A stretch of 64,000 nt of DNA from Phycisphaeraceae bacterium (GCA_041736565.1 JBGSTK010000147.1:55473-119472), one strand, 5' to 3'. Counted from the first letter of the stretch, positions 34,542-45,724 are shown. A program made the numbers and translations. Notes: generated by a model not told the origin, from the sequence alone.

Positions 34542-35336
34542 ATGACCCCGCGCAACCCCGATCCCGCTGATGGCTCGCTGTTTACCGAGGCACGCCTGCG
34601 TGAACTCCTGGCGGAGGTCGCGCTGGGCAAGTGTGATGTCGAGGGTGCGATGTCGCGGCTGCGCAGCCTGCCCTATGACGATGTGGGTTGTGCTGCGCTG
34701 GACCATCACCGCGAGTTACGAAAAGGCTTTCCCGAGGTCGTTTACTGCCAGCACAAGAAGCCCGCGCAGGTGGCGCAGATCATCGCCCGGCTGGCCCAGC
34801 ACGGGGGCCAGGTTTTGGGCACCCGCGCCGATGCTGAGCATTTCGCTGCGGCGAAGCAGGTCGTCCCCGAGTTGTGTTACGACGAGGCAGCGCGCTGCAT
34901 CTTCTGGGACCGTCAGTCGGACCAGCCTCGCCAGCAGGGCATCGCTTTGGTCGCGGCTGGCACGAGCGATCTGCCCGTGGCGCAGGAAGCAGCCGTGACC
35001 CTGCGGCTCATGGGGCAGGAACCGCTGCGTATCACCGATGTGGGCGTCGCAGGGTTGCATCGGCTCATGGCTCATCTGTCGGCCCTGCAGAAGGCCAACG
35101 TGATCATCGCGGTGGCAGGCATGGAAGGTGCCTTACCCAGTGTCATCGCCGGGCTCGTGTCGGCACCCGTCATCGCTGTGCCCACCAGTGTCGGCTACGG
35201 CGCCAGCTTCGGCGGCATCGCGGCACTGCTGGGGATGCTCAACGCCTGCGCGCCGGGCATCAGCGTGGTCAATATCGACAACGGCTTCGGTGCCGCCTTT
35301 GCCGCTGCGGCGATGAATCGACGGATGAGGACTTGA
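34542..35336 (+). CDS. larB: Nickel-pincer cofactor biosynthesis protein LarB (PurE-like carboxylase/hydrolase)
   Basis: LDHHRELRKGFPEVVYCQHK...ALVAAGTSDLPVAQEAAVTLRLMG...IIAVAGMEGALPSVIAGLVSAPVIAVPTSVGYG. Confidence 0.8.
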   Translation: MTPRNPDPADGSLFTEARLRELLAEVALGKCDVEGAMSRLRSLPYDDVGCAALDHHRELRKGFPEVVYCQHKKPAQVAQIIARLAQHGGQVLGTRADAEHFAAAKQVVPELCYDEAARCIFWDRQSDQPRQQGIALVAAGTSDLPVAQEAAVTLRLMGQEPLRITDVGVAGLHRLMAHLSALQKANVIIAVAGMEGALPSVIAGLVSAPVIAVPTSVGYGASFGGIAALLGMLNACAPGISVVNIDNGFGAAFAAAAMNRRMRT

Positions 35337-35539
35337 GGTGCAGCGTTAACTACAAAGAGCGTTAACCACGGAGAGGGTTAACCACAACGAGCACAAAGGA
35401 CACGAAGAATACGAAGGACACGAACGATACAGAGGCCAGTGAACATTAAAGCAATTCGGTGGCTGCTTCGATGCCTTCCTTTGTGATCTTTGTGACCCTT
35501 GTGGTTCACTCAGCCCCCCGCCAAAAGAGAACTGCCAAC

Positions 35540-36379
35540 GTGAACGTGCAAGCAACCGACAAACTCAACGCCCTGCGACAGTGGATCGATGCCCTCGATT
35601 CGGCGCTGGTGGCATACTCCGGCGGAGTGGACTCGGCGCTGGTCATGGCGGTGGCGCATCAGCAACTGGGCGAGCGTGCCCTGGCGTGCATCGGCGTATC
35701 GCCCAGCTACCCCACGCGCGAGATGCGAGATGCCGTGGCCTTGGCGCGGGAGTTGGATGTGCCCTACCGGCTCATCGACACCGAAGAACATCTCGACCCC
35801 AACTATGCCGCAAACCCCGCTAATCGCTGCTATTTCTGCAAGAGCGAGCTTTTCGGCCGACTGGCGAAAGTGGCGCTGGAGGAAGGCTGGGCCGCGGTGC
35901 TCGACGGCTCCAACGCCAGTGATGTCGGCGATGATCGACCCGGCCACATCGCTGCGGGCGAAGAAGGTGTGCGCTCACCGCTGATGGAGTTGGGCATCAC
36001 AAAGTCCGACATCCGCGACATCGCTCGCGAGATTGGCCTGCCCGTGTGGGACAAGCCCGCCATGGCGTGCCTGTCGTCGCGCGTGCCTCACGGTGTGGCG
36101 ATCACGCCTGAGTTGCTGCGGCAAATCGAGACGGCTGAGGATGCGCTGGTCGCACTGGGCTTCCGACAATTCCGCGTGCGACACCACGGCGAGATTGCCC
36201 GTATCGAACTACCCACTGAAGATATGGCCCGCGCGTTGGAACATCGTCAGACACTCGATGCTTACATCCGGGCTGCGGGGTACAAATACGTGGTGCTGGA
36301 CCTCGCAGGATTCCGCAGCGGCGGGCTTCACCAAACTACCGCCAGCCAACTCGTCACCCTCAACGTGCAACACCCATGA
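35540..36379 (+). CDS. larE: ATP-dependent sacrificial sulfur transferase LarE
   Basis: PP-loop AYSGGVDSAL, NRCYFCK, and the sacrificial Cys context PAMACLSSRVPHG. GTG at 35540 chosen; the ORF is open from 35459. Confidence 0.85.
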   Translation: MNVQATDKLNALRQWIDALDSALVAYSGGVDSALVMAVAHQQLGERALACIGVSPSYPTREMRDAVALARELDVPYRLIDTEEHLDPNYAANPANRCYFCKSELFGRLAKVALEEGWAAVLDGSNASDVGDDRPGHIAAGEEGVRSPLMELGITKSDIRDIAREIGLPVWDKPAMACLSSRVPHGVAITPELLRQIETAEDALVALGFRQFRVRHHGEIARIELPTEDMARALEHRQTLDAYIRAAGYKYVVLDLAGFRSGGLHQTTASQLVTLNVQHP

Positions 36380-37731
36380 TCGGCTACCTCGATATTCCCT
36401 CGGGCATCTCCGGCGACATGTTCTTAGGCTGCCTCGTCGATGCGGGTTGGCCCATCGAGGCACTGCGACAAACACTGCGGCAACTCAAGGTGCCCAGCGA
36501 TGAATGGACCGTCGAGAGCAGTGTCGTGATGAAAGGCCCGATGCGGGCCACCTTCGTCGATGTGCGTGTTGCGCCAGGCCAACACCACCGCGGGCTTTCG
36601 ACCATCACCGACATTATCCAAAACGCGGACCTACCCGAGCAGGTGCAGCGCCAGGCGGTGGCGGTCTTCACCCGGTTGGCGCAAGCGGAGGCGAAAGTTC
36701 ACGGCACCACGGTCGAGGCCATCCACTTCCACGAAGTCGGCGCGATGGATGCGATCGTGGATATCGTCGGCACGTGCGCGGGGCTGACCGCGCTGGGCAT
36801 CGAGCGGCTTTACTGCTCAGCGTTGCCCATGGGCAGCGGTTGGGCGCAGACGGATCACGGCCAGATTCCACTGCCCGCGCCTGCGACGTTGGAGTTGCTG
36901 GCGGCTGCGGGTGCGCCAACGCGACCAGCACCGGGCCCCGGCGAGTGGGTGACGCCCACGGGTGCGGCACTGGTGGCGGAGTTGGCGTCGTTCGTGCAGC
37001 CCATCATCACTGTCAAACGCATCGGCACAGGTGCGGGGCAGCGCGATTGCGCCTGGCCTAACGTCGCGCGGCTGTGGGTCGGTCAGGCCACGCCTGTTGA
37101 TGGCGACAGTCACAGTTCCACCGGCCTGCTGCAGATCGACACCAACATCGACGATATGAACCCGCAGCTCTTTGCCGCCGTCAGCGAAGCACTTTTTGCA
37201 GCCGGGGCACGCGATGTTTGGCTCACACCGATCCAGATGAAGAAGAACAGGCCGGCTGTGGTGTTGAGCGCCTTGACCGATGCAGCGCGTGAAGCGGCGC
37301 TGGCGGACATCATCTTGCGGCAGACGACGACGCTTGGGCTGCGGGTTCATCCCGTTCATCGCCACGAGGCGCGAAGAGAATTGCGCCAAGTTGATACAGA
37401 TCATGGGCAAGTCACGCTGAAGCTCAAGTTCATTAACGATGAGTTGGTGGGTGCGATGCCCGAGTTTGATGATGTGCAGCGCCTGGCGCGGGAAGTCGGA
37501 CTGGATGTCAAGCGTGTTTATGATGCCGCGATCATCGCCGCCAATCGGCTCGTCAGTGAAAACGCTCCTGCTCTAATACTGCAGGCGCCGGCGCCCGTTG
37601 CCGCCGCTCATAGTCACGATCATTCACACTCGCATGATCATGGGCACTCGCATGACCATGCCCACGATCACAGGCATGATCACGGCCATAAACACGATCA
37701 CAACCACGGTAAGAAGCCGCGGGGCAAGTGA
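36376..37731 (+). CDS. larC: Nickel insertion protein LarC with a His/Asp-rich C-terminal tail
   Basis: MIGYLDIPSGISGDMFLGCLVDAG (DUF111/LarC N-terminus). The start overlaps the larE stop (ATGA). Tail: AHSHDHSHSHDHGHSHDHAHDHRHDHGHKHDHNHG. Confidence 0.85.
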   Translation: MIGYLDIPSGISGDMFLGCLVDAGWPIEALRQTLRQLKVPSDEWTVESSVVMKGPMRATFVDVRVAPGQHHRGLSTITDIIQNADLPEQVQRQAVAVFTRLAQAEAKVHGTTVEAIHFHEVGAMDAIVDIVGTCAGLTALGIERLYCSALPMGSGWAQTDHGQIPLPAPATLELLAAAGAPTRPAPGPGEWVTPTGAALVAELASFVQPIITVKRIGTGAGQRDCAWPNVARLWVGQATPVDGDSHSSTGLLQIDTNIDDMNPQLFAAVSEALFAAGARDVWLTPIQMKKNRPAVVLSALTDAAREAALADIILRQTTTLGLRVHPVHRHEARRELRQVDTDHGQVTLKLKFINDELVGAMPEFDDVQRLAREVGLDVKRVYDAAIIAANRLVSENAPALILQAPAPVAAAHSHDHSHSHDHGHSHDHAHDHRHDHGHKHDHNHGKKPRGK

Positions 37732-37770
37732 TGTCAACGTTGCATCGCAGGCACAATATCGTGGCGAATC

Positions 37771-39153
37771 TCACGCCTTTCGTTTCATGGCCTGACCGCC
37801 GAGCTTTTTGCCGACTTCCCAAGCCGGGCCGGGGAACTTGTGGCAGTTGCCGATGACTACATCAAATGCCGCGACGATGGTATCGACATCCTCGGCTGTG
37901 ACGACCAGCGGGGGGATGAGCTTGATGACATCCATGTGATGCCCCGCCACCTGCGCCAGCACGTGATGATCCTTGAGAAGCGGGATGAGCACCGCTTGGG
38001 GAAACAGGCTCGCGTCGAGTTTGTGGAGCATCGACCAACCCATGCGAAGCATCATGCTTTTTGGCGCACCGAATTCCAGAGCGACCATGAGGCCCTTGCC
38101 GCGCACGTCCTTGACCATCTCGTACTTCTGGCCTAATGCTGCCAGCCCGGTCATCAGGCGCTGGCCCATGGCCGCGGAGTTCTCGACAAGCTTCTCCTCG
38201 CGCAACACCGCCAGTGTTGCCAATCCCGCAGCCATCGCAAGATCGTTCTGACCAAAGGTCGTGGAGTGAACGACGCAGCGTTCCATGCTCGAAAAACATT
38301 TTTCGTGAATCCATCGTTTGCTCAGCACCGCGCCGACGGGGACATAGCCGCCGCTCAACCCCTTGGCGGTGACCATGATGTCCGGCTCGATGCCCCAATG
38401 CTCACACGCGAACATGCGGCCGGTGCGACCATAGGCGGTCTGCACCTCATCGACGATCAGGAGCGTGCCCGCCTTGCGGCAAAGCTCCGCAGCGCCCGCG
38501 AGATAGCCGTCGGCTGCGACGTTGACGCCCTTGCCCTGGATCGGCTCGACGATGAACCCGGCGACATCCTTAGCTGCAAGCTCGCGCTCCAGTGCTGGCA
38601 GATCGTTAAACAGCACGCGGGTGCATGGCTCGATGAGTGTGCCAAAGCCGTCGCGGAACTCGGCGTTGCCGTTGACGGAGAGAGCGCCAAGTGTCAGGCC
38701 ATGGAACCCGTGATCGCAGTAGATGATGCGCTGGCGACCGGTGGCGATGCGCGCGTACTTGATCGAAGTTTCCACGCCCTCCGCCCCGCTATTGGTGAAG
38801 AAGACCGTGTCCAGATCGCCCGGCGCGAGTTTCACCAGTTCCGCTGCGAGCATGCCGCTTAATCGGTAGGCGCCCATTTTGATGAGGTTGGGCAGGTCCA
38901 GGTCCATCGCATCTTTGAGGGCCTGGCGCACGGTCGGGTGATTGCGGCCGACGTTGAACACGGCGTAACCGCCAAGGCAGTCGATGTATCGCGTGCCGTG
39001 CTGGTCCCACAGGTATGCGCCCTGCCCCTTGGTATAGAGCACATCAAAGCCAATGGTCCGCAACACCTTGGCGAAGGCGGGATTGATGTGGGATTCGATG
39101 AGGTCGAGTTGCCGTCCTTCGTTGGCGGCGACGGCTGCTTTGAGATCGAACAT
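37771..39153 (-). CDS. Class III PLP-dependent aminotransferase (putrescine/ornithine aminotransferase-like)
   Basis: GGYAVFNVGRNHP, FTNSGAEGVE, IVDEVQTAYGRTGRMFACEHW and VTAKGLSGGYVPVGA. Confidence 0.85.
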   Translation of the reverse strand: MFDLKAAVAANEGRQLDLIESHINPAFAKVLRTIGFDVLYTKGQGAYLWDQHGTRYIDCLGGYAVFNVGRNHPTVRQALKDAMDLDLPNLIKMGAYRLSGMLAAELVKLAPGDLDTVFFTNSGAEGVETSIKYARIATGRQRIIYCDHGFHGLTLGALSVNGNAEFRDGFGTLIEPCTRVLFNDLPALERELAAKDVAGFIVEPIQGKGVNVAADGYLAGAAELCRKAGTLLIVDEVQTAYGRTGRMFACEHWGIEPDIMVTAKGLSGGYVPVGAVLSKRWIHEKCFSSMERCVVHSTTFGQNDLAMAAGLATLAVLREEKLVENSAAMGQRLMTGLAALGQKYEMVKDVRGKGLMVALEFGAPKSMMLRMGWSMLHKLDASLFPQAVLIPLLKDHHVLAQVAGHHMDVIKLIPPLVVTAEDVDTIVAAFDVVIGNCHKFPGPAWEVGKKLGGQAMKRKA

Positions 39154-39278
39154 AGTGGACTCGGTTCAGGCGGGGGACCGGATGGCCCGGGCGGGGTGCG
39201 AAGGAAAGATTCTACCACGACCCTGCGCCCACGACCGCGCGCCGCGACCATACGCCACGACGCGGTAAACTATGGCCC

Positions 39279-41171
39279 ATGAACCACGTTAATCATGATT
39301 GTGAAGTCTGTGTCGTCGGTGGCGGAATGGCGGGCTTGTGCGCGGCCTTGGCGTCGGCGCGACGCGGCGCACGCACCACGCTGGTCCACGATCGACCCGT
39401 GCTGGGCGGCAATGCATCTTCCGAAATCCGCATGTGGATCTGCGGCGCCCACGGCGGCCACAACAAGGAAGCCGGGCTGCTCGAAGAGATTCAACTCGAC
39501 AACCTCCACCGCAATCCCTCGGGCAACTATTCGATCTGGGACAGTGTGCTGTGGGCCAACGCTGCGCTGCAGAAAAACCTCACGCTGCTGCTCAACTGTT
39601 CGTGCAACGATGCGACGATGGCGCCGCCCGCAGCCGATGGAACTCGGCGAATCCAAAGCATTCGCGCCTGGCAGCTCACAAGCCAGACCTGGCACACGAT
39701 CAACGCTCGCACGTTCATCGATTGCTCGGGCGACAGCATTCTCGCGCCGCTGACGGGTGCTGATTTCCGCGTGGGTCGTGAAGCGCGCGACGAGCATCAG
39801 GAGGACATCGAGCCGCAAGTTGGCGACAAGCGCACGATGGGCAATTCGCTGCTGATTCAGATTCGTCGCACGGATGAGCCGCAGCCGTTTGTCGCGCCGC
39901 AATGGGCTTACAAGTTTGAGACGCCCGATGATCTGCCCAACCGGATCAACGGTGTGCAGGGGACCAACTTCTGGTGGCTGGAAGTGGGCGGGTTGCACGA
40001 CACGATCGCCGATGCTGAGGGGATCCGCGATGATCTGATGCGTGTGGCCTGGGGTGTGTGGGACCACATCAAGAACCGTAGCCCCAAGCGTGACGAGGCC
40101 ACCAACTGGGCGTTGGAGTGGCTCGGCTCACTGCCCGGCAAGCGTGAGAATCGTCGCTACCTGGGCGATCACATTCTGACGCAGAACGATGTTACCGCAG
40201 GCGGAATCTTCGACGATGTCGTCGCCTACGGCGGATGGTCGATGGACGACCACCACCCGGCGGGCATCTACTATCCCGGTAAGCCCACTATCTTCCACCC
40301 CGCGCCTTCGCCCTACGGCATCCCCTACCGCAGCCTCTATTCCCGCAATGTCGCCAACCTCATGATGGCGGGACGCAATATTTCCGTCACGCATGCGGCA
40401 CTTTCATCGACGCGTGTCATGGCAACCTGCGCGATCATCGGCCAAGCTGCGGGAACAGCCGCGGCGCTGTGTGCAAGGCATGGCTGCACGCCGCGCGAGT
40501 TGTACCCCTCGCGCATTGCGCAGCTTCAACAGGCGTTGATGGACGATGATTGTTGGTTGCCGAGTATTTCGCGACCGATCTCCAAGCTCGCGCTCGCCGC
40601 CACGCTCACGAGCACTGGTCGCGATGAGGCGCTGCTGCTTGATGGTCTGGATCGCGATCGCCCCGATGAATCGCACGCATGGGTCGGCCCTGTCGGCGCA
40701 TCCGCTGGCCAGATCGAATATCGCTGGGCTCAACCCATCGCCATCGCCGGGGTGCGCCTGGTGCTCGACAGCAATTTGCAGCACACCAAGCGGATGCCCT
40801 GCAGTTATCCGCAGAAAGGTGATCGCTGCGCAATGCCGGGGTCGCTGCTGAAACATTTCCGCATTGAGTCGCTGGATGATCGTGGGCAGTGGCAGCCGGT
40901 GGCGGAGGTGCGGGAGAATCATCAGCGTCTGGTGCGGCTACCGTTTTCTGCGCGGACGACGGGGCTGCGACTTACCGCTCTCGAAACCTGGGGCGATGAT
41001 GTGGCGAGGGTGTTCGCATTTGAGCCCGTCGATGGATTTGACGTGGACATGACGCCGCCAGTGCAAGGCCTGACGTTTGCTGAGGCGCGTGCGACAATTG
41101 CCCCTCGTGACTTGGCACCACCAGCCAAGGACGATGAGAAGCCCGCGACTCGCCGGACCATCTCCGCATGA
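39279..41171 (+). CDS. FAD-dependent oxidoreductase (FAD_oxidored-type)
   Basis: N-terminal dinucleotide fold DCEVCVVGGGMAGLCAALASARRG followed by LGGNASSE. 630 aa. Confidence 0.75.
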   Translation: MNHVNHDCEVCVVGGGMAGLCAALASARRGARTTLVHDRPVLGGNASSEIRMWICGAHGGHNKEAGLLEEIQLDNLHRNPSGNYSIWDSVLWANAALQKNLTLLLNCSCNDATMAPPAADGTRRIQSIRAWQLTSQTWHTINARTFIDCSGDSILAPLTGADFRVGREARDEHQEDIEPQVGDKRTMGNSLLIQIRRTDEPQPFVAPQWAYKFETPDDLPNRINGVQGTNFWWLEVGGLHDTIADAEGIRDDLMRVAWGVWDHIKNRSPKRDEATNWALEWLGSLPGKRENRRYLGDHILTQNDVTAGGIFDDVVAYGGWSMDDHHPAGIYYPGKPTIFHPAPSPYGIPYRSLYSRNVANLMMAGRNISVTHAALSSTRVMATCAIIGQAAGTAAALCARHGCTPRELYPSRIAQLQQALMDDDCWLPSISRPISKLALAATLTSTGRDEALLLDGLDRDRPDESHAWVGPVGASAGQIEYRWAQPIAIAGVRLVLDSNLQHTKRMPCSYPQKGDRCAMPGSLLKHFRIESLDDRGQWQPVAEVRENHQRLVRLPFSARTTGLRLTALETWGDDVARVFAFEPVDGFDVDMTPPVQGLTFAEARATIAPRDLAPPAKDDEKPATRRTISA

Positions 41172-41220
41172 ACCAAACTCGCTCGTATCAATACCACGCC
41201 GCCAATCACCACGGAGCCCG

Positions 41221-41682
41221 ATGATCAATCTCGTCAATGTTCCCATCATGCGTTTGCCCGGTAACGACGATGTGCCGTTGCCCGACTATCAGAGCCAGCA
41301 CGCTGCGGGCATGGACCTTCACGCCGCGGTGCCTGTTGGCGAGGAAGGCTTGAGCATTCCGCCGGGTGAGATTCGCCTCATTCCCTGCGGTTTTGCGATG
41401 GCGGTGCCCTTGGGCTTCGAGGCTCAGGTGCGACCACGCTCGGGCCTGGCGACGAAGTTCGGCATCTCCATGCCCAACGCGCCGGGCACGATCGACTCAG
41501 ACTATCGAGGTCAGGTGCAGGTGCCGCTGATCAACCACGGCAAGGCTGCGTTCGTGGTGACGCGAGGCATGCGGATCGCGCAAATGCTCATCACACCTGT
41601 GCCTCGCACGCAATGGGAAGTCGTCAGCGAACTGCCGACGACGTCGCGCGGCGAAGGCGGCTTTGGACATACCGGACATTGA
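41221..41682 (+). CDS. dut: dUTP diphosphatase
   Basis: AAGMDLHA, RPRSGLA, GTIDSDYRGQV and SSRGEGGFGHTG. ATG at 41221. Confidence 0.9.
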   Translation: MINLVNVPIMRLPGNDDVPLPDYQSQHAAGMDLHAAVPVGEEGLSIPPGEIRLIPCGFAMAVPLGFEAQVRPRSGLATKFGISMPNAPGTIDSDYRGQVQVPLINHGKAAFVVTRGMRIAQMLITPVPRTQWEVVSELPTTSRGEGGFGHTGH

Positions 41683-41730
41683 CCCGGCGGCCGGACACTA
41701 ACCCTGGCTCGTCGGCCTGATGATTCGTGA

Positions 41731-42696
41731 TTGGGGGCGATCGTGTTCTATCGACTCAAAAATCTGAGAAACCGGATTCGCATTGAACGGCACCTGCGCC
41801 CGTTGCGCGACTTGCCGCCCAAGCCCGTGGCGACGCAGAATCTCGCTGCCGAGGCGCACCTGCTGGTGGGACGAGCACACCTGTCCATGGCCGGGGCGTG
41901 CCTGCACACCTTCTTCGCCCACAGCGGCTTAAGCAATCGTGTGGGGCTGACCATTCACCTCGACGCCACCGTGGGCTCGCGTGGCCGCCGCTGGCTCGAG
42001 ATGCGCTTCCCGGGCGTGCGATGCATCCCCCACCACGCACCCGACCCCAAACTCCCGGCCATGCTCGCTCCCTACCCCGTCTGCCGCAGCTACTACCAGC
42101 GTGTGCTGATGATGACCAAACTCTTTCAGGTTCTGGCGCTTTGTCGCCATCGCCGCGTGATCCTGCTGGACTCGGACATGATTTTTCATTGCAGGCCTCA
42201 GGCGTTGATCGACTGGGTTGACGCCCCCGAATCGCAGCCGTCGCCGCCGCGCTACTTGCGGGAGAGTGACGATGCGACGGATCGCGACCCCGGCACCGCC
42301 GCCCGCGAGAAGTTCGATGAAATCATCAGCCGCATCTCGCTCGTGGCCCCGGACCTGGCGTCGAACTTGCGCATTCCGCATTTCAGTTTCAATGCAGGGC
42401 TGCTGGCCTTCGACACCACGCGCGTTTCGCTGCCAATCGTGGAAGCCTGGCTGGGTTGGCTCGAAGCGAACCCCAACCTCAAACTCGGGCGATGGTTCAC
42501 CCCCTGGTGCTGCGAACAGACCGCCTACATGCTCAACTTCGCCACCTGGCGCGATGCGCTGCCGTTCGACATGGCTGACTACGCCTGCGGCCCGGGACCG
42601 GCCCGCATCTGCAACCACTTCCTGAGCCCGCACTACCACAAACCGCAATGCCTCCAACGCGTCACCGCAGCACTCGAGGCGTGCAAGTCGCTGTGA
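41731..42696 (+). CDS. Hypothetical protein, possibly a nucleotide-sugar transferase
   Basis: 321-aa ORF. VILLDSDMIF resembles a DxD motif. The functional assignment is weak. Confidence 0.5.
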   Translation: MGAIVFYRLKNLRNRIRIERHLRPLRDLPPKPVATQNLAAEAHLLVGRAHLSMAGACLHTFFAHSGLSNRVGLTIHLDATVGSRGRRWLEMRFPGVRCIPHHAPDPKLPAMLAPYPVCRSYYQRVLMMTKLFQVLALCRHRRVILLDSDMIFHCRPQALIDWVDAPESQPSPPRYLRESDDATDRDPGTAAREKFDEIISRISLVAPDLASNLRIPHFSFNAGLLAFDTTRVSLPIVEAWLGWLEANPNLKLGRWFTPWCCEQTAYMLNFATWRDALPFDMADYACGPGPARICNHFLSPHYHKPQCLQRVTAALEACKSL

Positions 42697-42798
42697 CGCC
42701 GAGCGCGGCTTGGGGATGAGCGGAATACTGATGTGCCCGTGCTTATCGCCTTTGCGTTGAGTCGGGCCGCGTTGGGTTGCGTTCGGTATGCGCTGGGC

Positions 42799-43377
42799 TC
42801 AACGCCGACGCTTCGGTGCCCGGCTCAATTCCTTGTGACGGGGACACGTCACGAGGTGATCGTTGATCATGCCCACCGCCTGCATGAAGGCGTAACAGAT
42901 AGTGGTGCCTACGAAGTTGAAGCCGCGTGCTTTGAGGGCTTTGCTCATGGCGTCGCTTGCATCACTGCGGGCTGGAAGTTGCGTCTGGACTTCGAAATGA
43001 TTGACCTGCGGTGAGAAATCGACGAACTGCCAGAGAAACTGATCGAAGCTGCCGACCTCTTGGCGCAGCGTGAGAAACGCGTTGGCGTTGCGGATGGCTG
43101 AGGCGATTTTGAGGCGGTTGCGAATGATGCCGGGGTTCGCCATGAGCCGCGCGACCCGCTGGGCGTCGTATCGCGCCACCTTCTCCGGATCGAAATTATC
43201 GAACGCCAGCCGATAGGCCTCGCGCTTCTTGAGCACCGTCTCCCACGACAGCCCCGCCTGCGCGCCATCGAGTATCAGATGTCCGAACAACTCCACATCA
43301 TCGTGGACGGGCACGCCCCACTCCTGATCGTGATAGTCAATCAGCGGCTGACGATGCGCCCAGGGACATCGCGGCAT
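42799..43377 (-). CDS. tag: DNA-3-methyladenine glycosylase I
   Basis: CPWA...DYHDQEWGVPVHDD..LFGHLILDGAQAGLSWETVLKKREAYR...FVGTTICYAFMQAVGMINDH. Confidence 0.9.
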   Translation of the reverse strand: MPRCPWAHRQPLIDYHDQEWGVPVHDDVELFGHLILDGAQAGLSWETVLKKREAYRLAFDNFDPEKVARYDAQRVARLMANPGIIRNRLKIASAIRNANAFLTLRQEVGSFDQFLWQFVDFSPQVNHFEVQTQLPARSDASDAMSKALKARGFNFVGTTICYAFMQAVGMINDHLVTCPRHKELSRAPKRRR

Positions 43378-43463
43378 GATCGTCCTCCCTTAATAGGTCT
43401 CGCGCGGTGGAGTTACGACGCCGACCCTCGTCAGCGTTCGCACCCAATGCCCAACAACCTTCC

Positions 43464-44576
43464 TCACTCCGGCTCAGCCACCACGCCATCATCATCCACC
43501 GCCGACGCCACGCCCTTGACGCCCTTGAGTTCCATGACCTTCGCCAGAATCTCCTGGAACAGGTCCTTGTTTTCCTTAAGGAATCGCTTGGCGTTTTCAC
43601 GCCCCTGACCCAGGCGGACTTCGCCGTAGTTAAACCACGCACCGGACTTCTGCACGACTTCACTGGTCACCGCGAGGTCCAGCAGGTCGCCCGTGCCGCT
43701 GATGCCCTCATCAAACATGATGTCGAACTCCGCCATGCGGAACGGCGGGGCGATCTTGTTCTTGACGACCTTGGCCCGCGTGCGGTTGCCCACCGCCACT
43801 TCGCCTTCCTTAATCGAGGCCGTGCGACGAATGTCGATGCGAACGCTGGCGTAAAACTTCAACGCGCGACCGCCCGGCGTGGTTTCCGGATTGCCGAACA
43901 TCACGCCGATCTTCTCACGAATCTGGTTGATGAAAACCACCGAGCACTTGCTCTTGTTAATCGCGCCCGTCAGCTTCCGCAGCGCCTGACTCATGAGCCG
44001 TGCCTGCAGGCCGACATGGGTGTCGCCCATTTCGCCTTCGATTTCCGCCTTAGGGATCAACGCCGCCACCGAGTCCACCACGATCACGTCAATCGCATTG
44101 GAGCGCACGAGCAGCTCGCAAATTTCCAACGCCTGCTCGCCGGTGTCAGGCTGGCTGACCATGAGGCTTTCGAGGTCCACGCCCAGCCGCCGCGACCACG
44201 ACGGGTCCAGTGCATGTTCAGCATCGATAAACGCCGCCACGCCGCCCGCCGCCTGCGCACTGGCGATGACGTGCAGCGCCAGCGTCGTCTTGCCCGATGA
44301 CTCAGGCCCGAAAATCTCGACGACTCGCCCGCGCGGAATACCTCGGCCACCCAGCGCCAGGTCCAGACTGATCGACCCCGTCGAGATGCCCGGCACGACC
44401 ATGCTGGGGTCATCATCAAGCCGCATGATCGAGCCTTTGCCGAAGCTGCGCTCAATCTGCGACACCGCCTGATCCAAGGCACGCTTGCGGCCGGCATCCA
44501 TCGACGCGGCTGGACCGCTGCCGTTGGTGGGTGACGCGGTGGACGACTCGGACACGGTTGCGGATGATCGGGCCAT
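43464..44576 (-). CDS. recA: Recombinase RecA
   Basis: [42 protein letters not shown] and [23 protein letters not shown] at 44576. Confidence 0.95.
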   Translation of the reverse strand: MARSSATVSESSTASPTNGSGPAASMDAGRKRALDQAVSQIERSFGKGSIMRLDDDPSMVVPGISTGSISLDLALGGRGIPRGRVVEIFGPESSGKTTLALHVIASAQAAGGVAAFIDAEHALDPSWSRRLGVDLESLMVSQPDTGEQALEICELLVRSNAIDVIVVDSVAALIPKAEIEGEMGDTHVGLQARLMSQALRKLTGAINKSKCSVVFINQIREKIGVMFGNPETTPGGRALKFYASVRIDIRRTASIKEGEVAVGNRTRAKVVKNKIAPPFRMAEFDIMFDEGISGTGDLLDLAVTSEVVQKSGAWFNYGEVRLGQGRENAKRFLKENKDLFQEILAKVMELKGVKGVASAVDDDGVVAEPE

Positions 44577-44613
44577 TGGTTTTTTACCCCTGTCGGTTAT
44601 GCTGACGGATGCC

Positions 44614-45696
44614 ATGAAAGACAATAACACGCCAAGCGACACATGCGATCTGCCCCACGATAACGCGGCCACTAAGCCCCGTCAAAGTTCGGGCGGTGTT
44701 AGGTTACCCGATCAGCCCCGCCAATGCAAGTCCCGCGTCGCGTTATCGCTTCTGACAGCCGCAATCCTCGCTGCGACAATCAGCCTCATCACCATCGCCA
44801 ACGCGCAGCCGGGGACGCCGCCGGCGACAGCTCAACCTGCCACCACGCGACCCGCCGCGAATCCGCCCGCAGCACCCGATGCACCTTCCGCCCAGCGAAT
44901 CTTCACCGTCTTCGATGCCACGCTGTATCAGGACAAGCCCGATCTGAGCGAGTACTGGGTCAAGCCGATGGTCAGCCTGGGGGCTTCGCTCTTTGCCACC
45001 AATCGCCGCCCCACGCCCGCCGAGTTGGAGAACCCTGATGAGGGCCACATCCGTGCCGTGGCGCGATCGCTGGCGCGGCGAAAGACGGTCATCGTGTGCC
45101 TCGATATCGAACACTGGCCCACCCGTGGTGATGATGCCGAGGTGGCTGCATCGGTCGAAAGATACACCCGCGTGGCGCAATGGATGCACGACGAAGTGCC
45201 CGGCCTGCGCCTGGGGTTTTATGGTGTGCCCCCGCTACGACGCTACTGGGATGCCATCTTGCCCGCCGATTCGCCCCGCTACCAACGCTGGCAACAGGAA
45301 AACGATGCACTGGTGGAAATCGCCCGCCAGGCGGATGTCCTTTTTCCGAGCCTCTACACTTTCTACGAAGACCAGCAGAGCTGGGAGAAATTCGCCACCG
45401 CCAGCATCGCCGAAGCCCGCCGCCTCAACAAGGTCGTCTACCCGTTCATCTGGCCTTACTACCACGATGGTGGCCCGCCCGAACTTCGCCTCAAACCCAT
45501 CCCGCGCGAATTCTGGCGCAAGCAACTCGAAACCATCCACGCTCAGGCTGATGGTCTGGTCATCTGGGGTGGCTGGACCGACGCACAAGGTCGCCGCATG
45601 ACCTGGGACGACAACGCCCCGTGGTGGCAGGAGACCGTGCAGTTCCTCAAAGACAAAGGCATAAAGCCACCACCCGCCCCCCCGCGAGCGGAGTGA
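44614..45696 (+). CDS. Secreted hypothetical protein
   Basis: TM/signal segment [22 protein letters not shown], then a Pro/Ala linker, then a Trp/Tyr-rich globular region. No family recognised. Confidence 0.65.
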   Translation: MKDNNTPSDTCDLPHDNAATKPRQSSGGVRLPDQPRQCKSRVALSLLTAAILAATISLITIANAQPGTPPATAQPATTRPAANPPAAPDAPSAQRIFTVFDATLYQDKPDLSEYWVKPMVSLGASLFATNRRPTPAELENPDEGHIRAVARSLARRKTVIVCLDIEHWPTRGDDAEVAASVERYTRVAQWMHDEVPGLRLGFYGVPPLRRYWDAILPADSPRYQRWQQENDALVEIARQADVLFPSLYTFYEDQQSWEKFATASIAEARRLNKVVYPFIWPYYHDGGPPELRLKPIPREFWRKQLETIHAQADGLVIWGGWTDAQGRRMTWDDNAPWWQETVQFLKDKGIKPPPAPPRAE

Positions 45697-45724
45697 AGCC
45701 AGCGAGTCGACAAACGGGATCGTC

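Noticed and set aside
35336-35540. Small ORFs or a regulatory RNA in the larB-larE spacer
   Set aside because: The spacer holds short degenerate repeats (gcgttaacYac x3, ggacacgaa units) of the same kind as other intergenic junk in this window. No convincing ORF or conserved fold was seen.
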